Below are positions 26,376 through 42,859 of a stretch of 64,000 nucleotides of DNA, one piece after another. Position numbers and translations under genes: made by a program. The stretch is taken from assembly GCF_009914755.1 (NCBI RefSeq), contig NC_060931.1. One strand, 5' to 3'. Numbering within the stretch: the first letter of the stretch is position 1; each line of letters opens with the position of its first letter. The notes under the pieces are model-generated. The model searched no databases. It saw only the letters and a list, made by a program, of their open reading frames with translations, and was not told the origin of the DNA. Source of the DNA: the human T2T-CHM13v2.0 reference genome, Homo sapiens.

Positions 26376-26799
26376 GACCTTTCTCCTTTTACTGTATTAT
26401 TAAATTCACATTAGAAAAATGCACATATTCAACAGAATTATTTTTATAATGAACACACCTTTCGGCTATGAAATTCTGACCTTCCGGAAGGGCAAGTGAG
26501 AATTCGCTTTCAGAAATACACAAATGAAAACACAAGTGTGCCCTTAACAGTGGAAATCAAAGTTTAAATGTTAAATGATGGTGGTTGAGCCACTTTAAGG
26601 CATTAGGTATACTGATTTTTCTTCAACACTTTACTTAGACAAAGTATCACAAATAACTGATACATGTATAATAAGTTGTTCAACAAAATTTTATTTATTG
26701 GAATTCAATGACCGGTTATTGTATTACATTTTATTACTTTACTCAAAAAGAGCTTACAAAATACACCATGTAGAACGCAGTACCAATTCATGTTATGCT

Positions 26800-26960
26800 A
26801 CAGGGTTACTCAATTTCAGTCCTATTGACGTTTGGAACCAAATAATTCTTTGCTCTGGGGCTCCCCTTTTCATTATAGAAAATTTAGCAGCATGGCTGGC
26901 CTCTATGTACTGGATAACAATAAACCCCACCCTCAGTTGTGGCAGCAAAATGCTCCCCAT
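26800..26960 (+). mobile_element. MER20 (hAT-Charlie)
   Basis: ctattgacgtttggaaccaaataattctttg...tttagcagcatggctggcctcta. Confidence 0.75.
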
Positions 26961-26965
26961 CATGA

Positions 26966-27294
<329 letters not shown>

Positions 27295-28952
27295 ACAAAT
27301 TAAACTTTTATTCTAAGATAATTAAAGCAGTGGCTAACGTTTGTAGAAAAACACACTGGCAGACATTCTATTAGGTGTGTTAATGGCATAATCTCATTTA
27401 TTAACCATAGCCATACAATAATCTAATTTATTAACTATAGCCGTTCAAACTGTTCTATCAGTTTACAGAGGAAAAAATTGCAATTTAGATATTGAATAAC
27501 TTTCCCAAAGTCTCAGAACAAAAGAGTGGAGGAAACAGGACAATTCTGGAACTTTGGGATCCTCCTTAGATTTCCTCACATAACAGGACTCTGAACCCAG
27601 ATTTATAAATCCGTCTCTGTGATTTTAAAATATGCAGTGAATTTAATTAAAAGATCATAATTTAATTACTTAACATTTCATCAGAAGAAAATGGTTTGGT
27701 TTAATAAATACTTTCATTTTTCACCTTTTAAAACTTTTTAATTCATATATGTACAAACTAATTTGTAAAATATATTGCTAGCAATCCAATTGCATCATTA
27801 TTAATATTCTCGATTTTACATTTAACCAATAAATTACATGATAACAATTTTGTAAATAGCTAAGTTTATTTATTCATTTATTTGTTTATTTATTTATTTA
27901 ATATATTAAATATATTTTTAATATATTTAAGCTGGATTTCATTAAAATATGTTTTCTCAGCTGTGTGAAGGGCAGTGAAGGAATGGGAGAAGGAGTAAAA
28001 TGTGACAAAACTATGACAAAGGAGTTAGAAAAAACATTTCAGGAACAAAGAGAACTAATTAACTCAAACATACGGTTCATCTCACTCTGCTAAGAGCTAA
28101 TTGTGTTTTACACACTCCAGCTGTTAAAAGTACTGTGGCATGGCTATTCATGTGAACGTAAATTGAAAAACAGTAAGAATTAAAATTTATAATGCATACT
28201 GTTTTTACTTAATAAAATCCTATCCTCCTAGCTAACATAGTGTTCCAGTATATTAAATTTTCTGGTTAATTTGAAATGCTTATTTGAAAATCTTCCTAAG
28301 GTATATTACTCTTTATTTTATCTTAATAAAAGTACTATGGCAAATACGCCAAAAATAAGTGACGTTCTTTTAGTGTTTCAGAAATATCAGCAGTTAACAA
28401 ATAGTTACTGCTTAATTCTGTTAAGTTTTATGCAAAATGTGCAGAAAAATATACCAAATTTTTTGTATTCTTCAGGTATCTCTATAAGTGTATTATTTTG
28501 TATATGTTTTAAAATTTTTGTGAACCACTCTCTCAAGTATATATTTTAGAATATAAGGAAGAGAGAATAGTTGAGTTTTTATTGAGATCTACACATTTAT
28601 ACAATCTCTACTTAAAACAATAGTTAAAATTGAAAATAATTCTTTCAAGGCAAAACTTTAAGAAGCAGAAACATTTTTAAAATGAAAATTTTTTAAATTA
28701 GAAATTAAAATTTTTAAAAATATATTTTTATTCCTTCCCAAATAAATAATTTGTTTTATAATCATATTTACTAGAGGGCATATTGTTGAAAGTTCTAAAT
28801 GCATGTGTCTCCAGCTATCATCCTAAGTTCTGGTAGTGAATAAAGGAAATCTACTTTTTATTCTCTAAAGAGGTGAATTTTTGCCTTAGGTGTCTGCCAG
28901 AGGCTCCTTACTCCATGATCTCAAAATTGTTAGTCAAACCTCATCCCATGAT

Positions 28953-29098
28953 CAGTGGTTTCAGAGTTGAGTGTACATCAGAATCTCCCAAAGTTTCTGA
29001 TTTAGCAGGTCTCAGGTGGGACCTGCGAGCCTGCATTTCTAACAGGTGGCAGGTAATATTGATGGTGCTGTCCAGCAAATACACTTTTAGAGGCTCTG
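28953..29098. mobile_element. MER5A (hAT-Charlie), internally deleted
   Basis: cagtggtttc...catcagaatctccc...ttctgatttagcaggtct...ctgcatttctaacag. Confidence 0.75.
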
Positions 29099-29592
29099 TA
29101 CTTGAAGGAATTTTCTCTGAAAATACAAACTCTGATTAGTATCATATTCTCAGAGATCTCAGTACTAACCATTTAAGTGTAGTATAGACAGTTTAGCATT
29201 TAATTATACGTTTTAAAATTATTCTCAAATCTTATTTAATGTCAAAATTCAGTAAAGATAAAAATAATCCTATTTATTTTGTATTGTCCAGAGATTCATG
29301 TCCTCTGCCCCTCATGCTATTTAGATAGTAAGCAGGTGTGATAGAAATATGAGAAATGTACAAAGGAGTTTTGAATTCACTAGGACCTCATTGATGTATT
29401 ATGTTATTTGGGTGATTTATTTATATGTCACATGTTTATATTCTGAAAATAAATAAGAGATAAAATAAAAAGTTAATTCAAGAAAATCATCTTGGGACAA
29501 AAAGCTCAAAACGTCAAATCCAATCCTATTTCTACCGATAGTTTTATGACTGAGCAACATGAAAGTATCATCAGCCTGTACCAATGCAGGTT

Positions 29593-29728
29593 TGTGGGTT
29601 TTTTTAAAGTTATTATCGTACAGTTTAAAACCTACTCCTAAAATTAGACCTCAATTTAATCCAATAGGTCTAAATTTAGGAGTAGGTTTTAAGTTGTGCA
29701 ATAATACCTTAAAAATAAAATACCCACA
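29593..29728. repeat. Long inverted repeat (40-bp core arms, 14-nt loop)
   Basis: 29612-29651 pairs with 29666-29705 at 35/40; outer tgtggg...cccaca also pairs. Confidence 0.95.
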
Positions 29729-29802
29729 TTATTTTCTTACCCACTGATGATACTTCATGTTATCCTGGAATCTACAGTGGTTTGTGTACAAAAGAGAGTG
29801 GA

Positions 29803-29868
29803 GATTTCAAGCCCTATCTTTAACAGAGGGCTACTGATTTCAAGCCCTATCTTTAAGAGAGGGCTACT
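29803..29868. repeat. Tandem duplication 33 bp x2
   Basis: gatttcaagccctatctttaa(c/g)agagggctact twice, 1 mismatch. Confidence 0.95.
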
Positions 29869-31015
29869 TTATACCATCCCAAGACAAAATAGCATGAAAA
29901 AAAGTCCAGGATGCCATACCTTTGCAGAAGAACTAATGCATCCCTACATGCCTATATTTCTTATGTTTGGTGCTATGTGCCTAGTTAATGATAACTAGTG
30001 TTTCACTGTGGGTTTTCAATGTACTCGTATCAAAGTATCAAATCTCTCAACTATATATGAACTATCCATAACATTATAAAAATATTAAATATAATTAAAG
30101 AGTAATCTATAATTTAAATAAACCTATTATGCTGAGGACAAGAAAAAGTTTTATCCACAGAGTTTAATATAAACCACAATGTGTATTTTTTTCTGTAGAA
30201 TTAATGAATATACACCACTGTTTATTATCCATTTGTTTTATTGATTTAATAAATAGGGATTCTAAATTGGACTTTGAAGAGTTATTTCTTTTCTTTAATA
30301 AAAGAGTTGCATTTCAGTACTTTTTATTTCCCTTAATAATGTTAATGCCCATGACATTTAATAAATCATATAAATTAGTATAAAATGTATTATCCACACT
30401 TCTTTATTTTTGTAAGTCTAACCTGGCTGTTGTATGTGCTGGGAGAATATATTGGTATCACAATTCTTTTAGAACACTTCAGAATAATTTTTGTTTACTT
30501 TAACAGAGTAGTAGTAAGCTGGAACCAAAGTCTGTTTTAGCATTTAAGTTTTATATTAGAGTTTTAATCTCTCTGTGGACGACAAATCCATTTTTCTTTG
30601 ATCAACAGAAACATTAAAAAAAAAAAACAGCAGCAGCAGCATACATAAAAGCAAATAAACCTACAAAAAGTCCAGCCCCTCTTTGTCACAATTCTATTTT
30701 GTCACCTCAGCACATTTGCTACATTTTTTTCATGTAATAAAGAGGAACAAGTGTGCTAATTACAAAACCATCAAGAATCTATAAACATGCTTTCCACTAC
30801 TTCTCCACTCCTTTGATTCAATTCAAAATGGTAACTATTAATCTTTGTGGTGTCTCAAAGGCACAGCTAAGTATTCAGCAGGAAAACATACCTGCAAATG
30901 GGTTTACAGAATGGATTTGCACATGAACTGTGCCCTTTAATACCTGTATACACATAAGAAAGTTTCTTAATTTCTCTGTCTCAGTTTCTTCATCTGTAAA
31001 CTGTAAATTTTTTTT

Positions 31016-32162
<1,147 letters not shown>

Positions 32163-32251
32163 TGTAAATATTTTTTAAACTACAGTTGACCCTTGAACAA
32201 TGTGGGGGGTGGGGTGCCGGCCCCATACGCAGTTGAAAATTCATGTATAAC

Positions 32252-32505
<254 letters not shown>

Positions 32506-33145
32506 TAGAGAAAATAAAATGTCTTTAAGAAAACCATAAGAAAGAAAAAGTACATTTTCAGTACTGTACTGTATTTGATACCACAAGTTTATGTTTGTTA
32601 GAAGATGAATCATCTGTCTGAAATGGCAGGAAACCGCAGCTACAGACCTCAATCTACAGTACATATCAAGTAATTCAACTTTTCTTGTAATGTCATGACT
32701 TTCCTCTCCTTTCTGGGAGCACGTCCAGCATCACTAGTGGCACTTTGTATGGGTCTCATGATGTTATTCAAAGTTTACGGTAGCACGCCAAATGTTGTGA
32801 AGAATATACAAGATCCATGAACGATCACTTTAACTGCATTGTGCAATTTACTGGAGTGAGGAGCTGCTCACACAGAGATGATTAGCGTCACATGGCATTT
32901 CAGCAGATACAGCACTTAAAATCACAGGTGGTGGTGACAAAATTATGACAGTAGTACAGTATGTAAGACAGTTAATGTTATCCACTATAGTTGAATATCG
33001 CATCTTTACATTTGTCTGGATATTTCTCAACTGTGAATATCATCATGTAGGGTCTCTAAGTGCATACCTAAGTTTTGATAAAATTTAACTTTTTATGATA
33101 GATTTGTATATACTTTATGGCAGTAAGTGATAAAATAGACTAGTC

Positions 33146-33179
33146 TTAGATTGGTGCAAAAGTAATTGCACCAGCCTAA
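33146..33179. mobile_element. Collapsed MADE1 (Hsmar1 MITE), 34 bp
   Basis: ttagattggtgcaaaagtaattgcaccagcctaa followed by TA. Confidence 0.85.
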
Positions 33180-33379
33180 TATTTGCATACATCTTAGGCA
33201 CTTATGACATATCTAGCATTTTCCTTAATATTTTTGATGTTTCTATACTGCAGAGTTCACCTTCGAGGTTTTTCAAATTGTCACCAATCTCTAAAAATTT
33301 TTCCAACATATTTATTGAAAAAAACACTATCAGTGGATGCATGCAGTTCAAACTTGAGTTGTTTTAGAGTCATCTGTAC

Positions 33380-33660
33380 CTGTTAAGTTTCAAGCATAAC
33401 TTCTCAACTCTGCTTCTCTAAAGAGGCAGCATCTGCCACTCCATTATTGTGATCCACAGTACTCTTGTACAAATCGCTCCCACTGCTGTTATCAAACTTT
33501 ATTGTAAAGATGTATTTCCTACCCGCTTGCCTCTAAAAACAAACAAACAAAAATCTTTAAGAGTAGGGTCAGTGTTTAATTCTTCGTAACTCTACTACCC
33601 AGCTTCCAGCCCTTAGAACATGCTGACGCAAAGTAGGCACTCAATATTTATTTAATGAGT
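33380..33660 (+). mobile_element. L2 3' end
   Basis: cttagaacatgctgacgcaaagtaggcactcaatatttatttaatgagt. Confidence 0.65.
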
Positions 33661-36600
33661 AAAGTAACTTTTGGTGATAAAATTTGTAACTTTCACTAAT
33701 TTGTAGTACATGCGGCCTTGTTATCTGGAATCTTGTAAAGCATTGTTAAAGAGTCTATTGGCATAGTCAGTGTGGTGTTACAACTAAATCAGGAACATAT
33801 GGTAAAGCCGAGTGACCAACCCATGTCTAAAAAATAACCTTGAATTAATGCATATAATAAACTAGACACAATGTGATTTTTGTTCTCCCTGAAATATCAC
33901 TATAGCACTTAGTGTAATCTCATTTTCATATTTAGTAACATAATTGTGTGACTTGGCCTGGAAGAATGTAATTTTAGAATGTCTAAGGTATGTGTATCAG
34001 GAAAATCTTGGAAGAATCTGCATTGCCATCTAAGCTTCTCTTCTGTCCTGTAAATTGATATAGGAAAACATGTGTTTTTGTTTCCAGAAAGTAAAAGAGT
34101 TAAAATGGCAAATTAGCCATGATTAATGAACTGAACAAAATCAAAAGATCTGATAATCTTTTACTTAAAGAGCTTATACTAGTAGAAATGTGTCTACAAA
34201 TGACATGTTTAATGGACAAGGCTTTAAAGAAATGTCTTATCTACATGTAAAGAAGCATCTTTATTTGAAATGATTATTTTCCAATTGGAATAAGATATAA
34301 AAATAGAATTGTTCCTCCCCTCCAATGATGCCAAGTCCAAGCTGATATTGAAGAAGTCGTATTTTGCTTAATGACTTAAAATGATCAAGACACTCTAAAG
34401 TTACTGTGCAGTCTTTGCTGGCTTAAATTCAAATATTGATCCACTCACCAAGTTTCATCATTTCAGTAGATTAGAAATAGAAACCAGGTTTTGACTTACA
34501 AATTAAATTCATGTCAGCATTAACCAATTATTTTAATCTAGAATACATATGTTACATTAACTAAAAGGCAGTGACTCTAAGTAAAATTAATGATAATAGT
34601 TAATACCTCTGTATTAATTTACATAAGTGCAAAGCTCCTCAATGTCATAAGTGTCAGAGCTGGATTCAAATTAAGTCTCCTGATTCTAAATTCTTTGCTC
34701 TTTTCACACCATAAGATTGCCTACTCTAACAAACTTGGTTCTTTGTATCCCTACACCTCTCTTTATATGTTCTTGTGCCCTATTTGTGCTTCTTCCCAAA
34801 TCATCATTTTTAATATAGATACAACTATTGTGATGCCCAGCCAGTTCTGTACAGATTCTGGCTTCAAATTTCACCTGGTCTGTTCATTCCTTCGCTTCCT
34901 TCCATTCTTAGCAATGTGACAATAAATAAATCATTAAATGGATAACCTGATAAATTAACCACTACTAAATTGCCATATTCCGTGAAATTAATTCAGAGCA
35001 ATAAATCTTGATGATATTGAGATTTTTAGTAGTAGTAATAGTATAGGCTTTTTGCTTACCACAGTCAGTCTTTAGACAAATCTTGAATTACACTATATAG
35101 AGAAAGGAGGCCTTTCATAATTGTACAAGTCGATGATTCCCTCCTTGCAATGTTAGAATTTTCCCGTTCTTGTTGTTAGTTACCATTATCAAAGGTTACA
35201 TTGCTATCCTCATCTTATATTTTTCAACTGTCAAAGATGCTTAATAGGTAGTGTATCATCAAACCAAAATATATTTCTACATAGCAAAAATGGAGAAAGA
35301 CTATAATCTATTGAGCACAGATAAAAATGTGTAGCTCAACCTAACAACATCAATTCCAACATTGTAAGGAAACAGAGTTTCTGATTTCTGGTGTATCTTG
35401 GTCATGCCAATTTGATCATTTATTAAAAATGAATCATGGTAATGATTTTTGGACATAGAAGGACAAGCTAGACAGTTTCTAAAATACATTTTTTTATTCT
35501 TTTTGTTTCATCACCCAAAAAATAAAGGAAACAATAAAAACCCAAATAAGCCAAAAATGCTGCATGCTCTGATTAAGAATTTTTGTAATTTGTTAAGTTC
35601 TCCAATAATTCAATACAAAATAATTTGCACATATTTTACATCAGAACAATCCTGTCCCTGTGAATTTCATTTATACCTGAGAATCATTTGTTTATCCCTG
35701 GTATTCTCCAAAGAGATTAAATGATAGCAAATATTAGTGTGTCTAGACTTTTATTCCAACACGAAGACTGCTGTCTTGAGTTTCAGGACAAATAAATGGC
35801 TAGGAAGATAAGACAGTGTATAAAATAATGGGTTCCAAACAAGAAATACCTATGGCCATAAAGAGAGAAGCAGATGGTGTGCTTCAGAATACTCCAAATA
35901 ACAAAGAACCTACTATTTTGTGTGGATCCCTAAAACCTGGTCTTAAAACCTGTTATAAGTGAAACACTCCTGTGTAGGGCTCTTTTATCATTAGACTGCA
36001 AAAGAATTAGGCTTTCCTGACAAGATGAAGGTGAGTTCTTAAATTATGTTGATACTTTGTTGTCAAAATCCTGAGTGCAGTTAAAAGACATGTAAATTAA
36101 AGTTGACAAAAATACAATAAAGAGCCCCAAACAACAAACAGTCATCAGCGTTTCTTGCCTCCAGGACTTCTTTGGCTTTCCCCTCCTGCTTTCCCTTATT
36201 GCTTCTGTGGCAGCTCCATCTGCTCCATCTGTTAGGGTTCACTTAACACTGTAGTGCTTGTTGGTTTAAGAAAAAGCATGCCAAACTAAAGGCTCCCAAT
36301 AAGTGATTTTCTGCTTAAAATGTAAGGTAATTTGTAGAGCCATCAAAACACAAATGTGTTTCAACTCCTGTGTGTGTGTGCACATATATTATTAGACAAT
36401 GTATTCTAGAAGCGAAATTGCATGGCTGGTCAAAAAATCGATGAGGCTTCTTGAAAAATTGTTAATAAAACATTCAAGAAAATGATTGGAAGACAGGTTA
36501 ACTACTTAATAACTAACTTCTTTTTAGGTCCACTTTAATTGCGCTTACTTTGCTCACAATTAGTGTCGCGAAGGTAAACAAGCTACTATGAGAAAACATT

Positions 36601-37211
36601 GACCCTAATTGCTGTTTGGATAGAAAAATAAGTTGTATTTTACACTTGCCTGAGTTGATTTGCTGAAGTAATAAGTCAGGGATTTTTTTTTCAAACTATG
36701 TAATTAGTTTGTTCTCAGTGTAATGAAAAACACAGAAGAATGGCTTCCTAAAACTGAGGAAATAAATATTATCACTACGAGTAAAAACTTTGCATAATAG
36801 AAAGAATACTGACTTAGGAATCAGGACTTCTGAAATTTGTCACTACCAAAGTTACTTTGCTTCAGCAATAATAAGTTCTCTAGGTCTCACTTTCCTGAAC
36901 TATAAAATGAGGACTTTGGTTTTAATCTCTAAAATACTGTCAAATTCTAAAATTATTTAAACCTACCTTAATGCAATTATGCTTCCTCAATTACGCTTCT
37001 CTTACCGCCTTAAAGATCAGCTTCTCTCTCTCTTTTTTTTTTCTTACACTTTCCGAAAGCTTGTTTACAGACTTCAGACTAACAGGGACAAGGAAAGGTA
37101 AGAGATGTGTTTTAGGAAAATGCAGATTAAAATTCAGATATTTTGTCATGGATTATCAGCTCTAATTTCACTAAAGTCTCAGTGTCTTTGCTAACTAAAA
37201 ATTAAAATATT

Positions 37212-37526
37212 GGCCGGGCACGGTGGCTCACGCCTGTAATCCCAGCACTTTGGGAGGCTGAGGTGAGCAGATCACAAGGTCAGGAGATCGAGATCATCCT
37301 GGCCAACATGGTGAAACCTTGTGGCTACTAAAAATACAAAAATTAGCCGGGTGTGGTGGTGCATGCCTGTAATCCAAGCTACTCAGGATGCTGAGGCAGG
37401 AGAATCGCTTGAACCTGGGAGACGGAGGTTGCAGTGAGCCGAGATCGCCACCACTGTATTCCAGCCTGACGACAGAGCTAGACTCTGTCTCAAAAAAAGA
37501 TAATACTAATAAATAATAAATAAATA
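37212..37526 (+). mobile_element. AluSc
   Basis: gatcacaaggtcaggagatcgag; cagcctgacgacagag (1-nt deletion typical of Sc); TAA/TAAA tail; TSD aaaatatt. Confidence 0.92.
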
Positions 37527-38069
37527 AAAATATTTTTTAAATCCATGTATTAATAAAATGAGCTGAGAGACAATTTACTGAATGTGCAAGCAATGAGCAG
37601 ATTCCTGTGTCAGTCCAATATGCAATTTGACTGTATACTCAAAAAATTTTAGAGTTGCATACAATCCCAGAGTTCTTTAATTTTACAAGTATGTAAAGAG
37701 TTAGAGAATTTGAACGGTTTCTTCTATTATTTTACAGTTTTATTGAAGTATAATGTATTTACAATAAGCCTCTCATTTTATAGAGTACAATTTTATGTTT
37801 TGACATATGTATATACCCATGAAAGCATCAGCAAATAGATAATTATCATATTCTTCACCCCCAAAGACTTCCTTGTGCCTCTTTGTATCCTCTCTTTTGT
37901 CCCTTCTTCCCCTCCTTCTCCATTCCCTGGCAATTATTGACCAGCTTTCTGGTTCTGTACATTAGTTTGTCTTTTATGTAATTTTATATAAATGTAAACA
38001 TATAGTATATATCTTTATTCTGGCTTCTTTCACTCAGCATATTTATTCTGAGATTCATCGTATTGTTAC

Positions 38070-38540
38070 AAGCTGGAGACAGTCTCCTAGTGGATTTGTA
38101 TGTCTTATTTTTTGCATGTCTTAGGAGCAGAATCACTAACTGCCTTTGTTCTGGATTGTCTTTGCAAGGATGTTTGTATAGGGAACACACTTTGAAGATA
38201 TAGTGTCTCTCTCCAGAGCAAAGAGTATGTTTATTTACTGTTCAGTATGATAAATATATTGTCTTCCTTCAGGGCAAAGGTTAAGCAGCCTTATTGCCTA
38301 GTATAAAAAAAAAATGAGTGTTTAAACTTGGGACCCCTTTCCGGCATTCTTTTCATAATGCCCTGTTGGAACTGGGGCTCAGGGAACCCATATTATTCTG
38401 GCTACCGCTATCGTGTGTGAGAAAGTTCTGTCTCTGACCCAGGAGACCTGTGTCTTCTGCCAGAGTCTATAAAATTGTGACAGACTAACTTGTTAACTTG
38501 CAAATCAGGTAAAATCTCAGATCCCTCACAGTTCTTGACA
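38070..38540 (+). mobile_element. LTR40a-like ERVL solo LTR
   Basis: actgcctttgttctggattgtctttgcaaggatgtttgtatag; ends ggtaaaatctcagatccctcacagttcttgaca. Confidence 0.75.
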
Positions 38541-39939
38541 ATTGTTTCATTTCATTTTATTACTATTAATCAACTTTGTGGATATACCTCAATTTATTAA
38601 TCCATTCATCACTCAACAGGCTAACATCACTTGATGAACTGGGCTATTCCCAGTTTTGGGGCGTTACAAAAATAAAGTTTTTGTGAACATTCACTTACAA
38701 GTATTTGTAAAAACTGTACATTCACTTCTCTTTGGTAAATAACTAGATGTTGAGTGGCTGGGTCATATTGAGATATATGGTTATATGTTTAAGAAACTGC
38801 CATAAAGTTTTACAAAGTGATTGCATCATTTTACATTCCCACCAATATTCTATGAAGTTGCATCACAATCTCACCAATATTGGTTTAGTTGGTCTTTTAC
38901 ATTTCAACTGTCCTAATAGGTATGTAATGGCATTTCATTATGGCTTTAATTTCCATCTGACGGTTTAAATTTTTTGCCCATTTTTGAGTTATTTTCTTAT
39001 TATTAAATTTTGAGATATTTTGTATATGCTAGATACATACAAAACCATAATAAGGAATGTAATTTACAGTTGTTTTCTTCCAGTCTATGGTTTGTCTTCG
39101 CATACTTTCAGAATAGTGTTTGAAAAAGAATATTTTAATTTTGATGAAGTAAAATGTATCTGTTTATAAGTGGGTATGCTTTTAATATCGCATTTAAGAA
39201 ATCTTTTGACTAACAAAGGACATAAACATTTCCTTCTATGTTTTCTTCTATATGTTTTATAGTTTAATGCTTTATATTTAAGTCTATGATATACTTGGAG
39301 GTAATTTTTATATGTGGTACAAGGAATGGATAGAAGTTCCTTTTTTGCATATAGATATCCAATTTTTCCAGCATAATTTCTTGAAAAGATAATTCTTCCC
39401 CCACCAAATTGCCATTGCATCTTTGTCAGCAGTGATCATGTGCATATGTCTGCTTCTGGAGGCTTTTTTCTGTTCCATTGAACCATTTGCCTAACTACAA
39501 TACTACACTGCCTATGTAGCTTTAAAATAAGTATTGAAATAAGGTAGTAGTATTCTGACAATTTTTGTTTGGCTTTTGCAAAGTTGTTTCGGCTCTTCTA
39601 GAGCATTTACATTCTCAAATAAATTTTTAATCACCTTGTCAAATTCTACTCTATGCTAACACACCAAAAAAAGGCCTACTGTATTTCTAGTAGGGTTACA
39701 CTTAATTTATAGACTAATTTGCTGAGGATATGTATCTCTAAAATATTGAGTATTGCAATCCAAGAACATGCTTTGTCTTCCTTTAATTTAAATATTCTTT
39801 AATTTTTCTCAGTAATGGTTTACAGTTTCTAGTGTATAGGTTTTATGCATCTTTTGCCAAATTTATCCTAGGTATTTCATATTTTTGTTCCTCTGTTAAA
39901 TTGTATTTATTTTGATTTCCAAGTTCCATTGCTGGCAGA

Positions 39940-40145
39940 AAATACTATGGTTAACAGTAAGGTATTATATATTGCAGAATAGCTAGAGGAGAGGCATTTG
40001 AATGTTCTTACCACAAAGAAATGATAAATGTATGAGGCGATGGATATGCTAACTACACTGATTTAATCATTAGACAACATAGATGTGTATTGAATTGTCA
40101 AATTGTACCCCATAACTGTATATAATTATAGTATATCAAAATTGT
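39940..40145 (+). mobile_element. Short L1MA 3' end
   Basis: tttgaatgttcttaccacaaagaaatgataaatgtatgaggcgatggatatgctaa. Confidence 0.75.
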
Positions 40146-40614
40146 AATATGACAAAAGAGAGCTAATATTGACTAGGTACAGATATATAATTATTTTACT
40201 GGTATTTTGCAGAAACTTCAGAACTGAGATCTTGCTACACTTACTCATTTAAGTTAATTCTTATAGAAAAAAAGAGCAAAGAAAATGTAGACAGTGATAT
40301 TTATGTAACCATTCTCACATTAATTAGTGTACAAGAAGGTTTCTAAATATTCATAATTAGTGAAAAATTTTTATAAATATATCCTAAATAATCACAGGTG
40401 TGCTTCTGTAACATTATTTAGAATAAGCATTTAGTAGAGTAATAGGAATTGTTATCCAGGTTACATTTAGAAAACAGTTTAGAATATTTGTATGTAGAGT
40501 GATTGTTGATATAATTGGGTTTAAACCTACAATTTGCTATTTGTTTTTTGTCTCATTTGTTTCTTCGTTTTCTTTTTCTTCTTTTTTATGCATTCTTTTG
40601 GATTGAGTATTCTT

Positions 40615-42859
<2,245 letters not shown>

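Noticed and set aside
28271-28549. 92-aa ORF with an internal cag|...|gtatct exon-like segment
   Set aside because: The donor is weak, the composition is AT-rich and low-information, and I recognise no homologue.
27880-28730. Short AT-only palindromes
   Set aside because: They are expected by chance in low-complexity AT-rich DNA.
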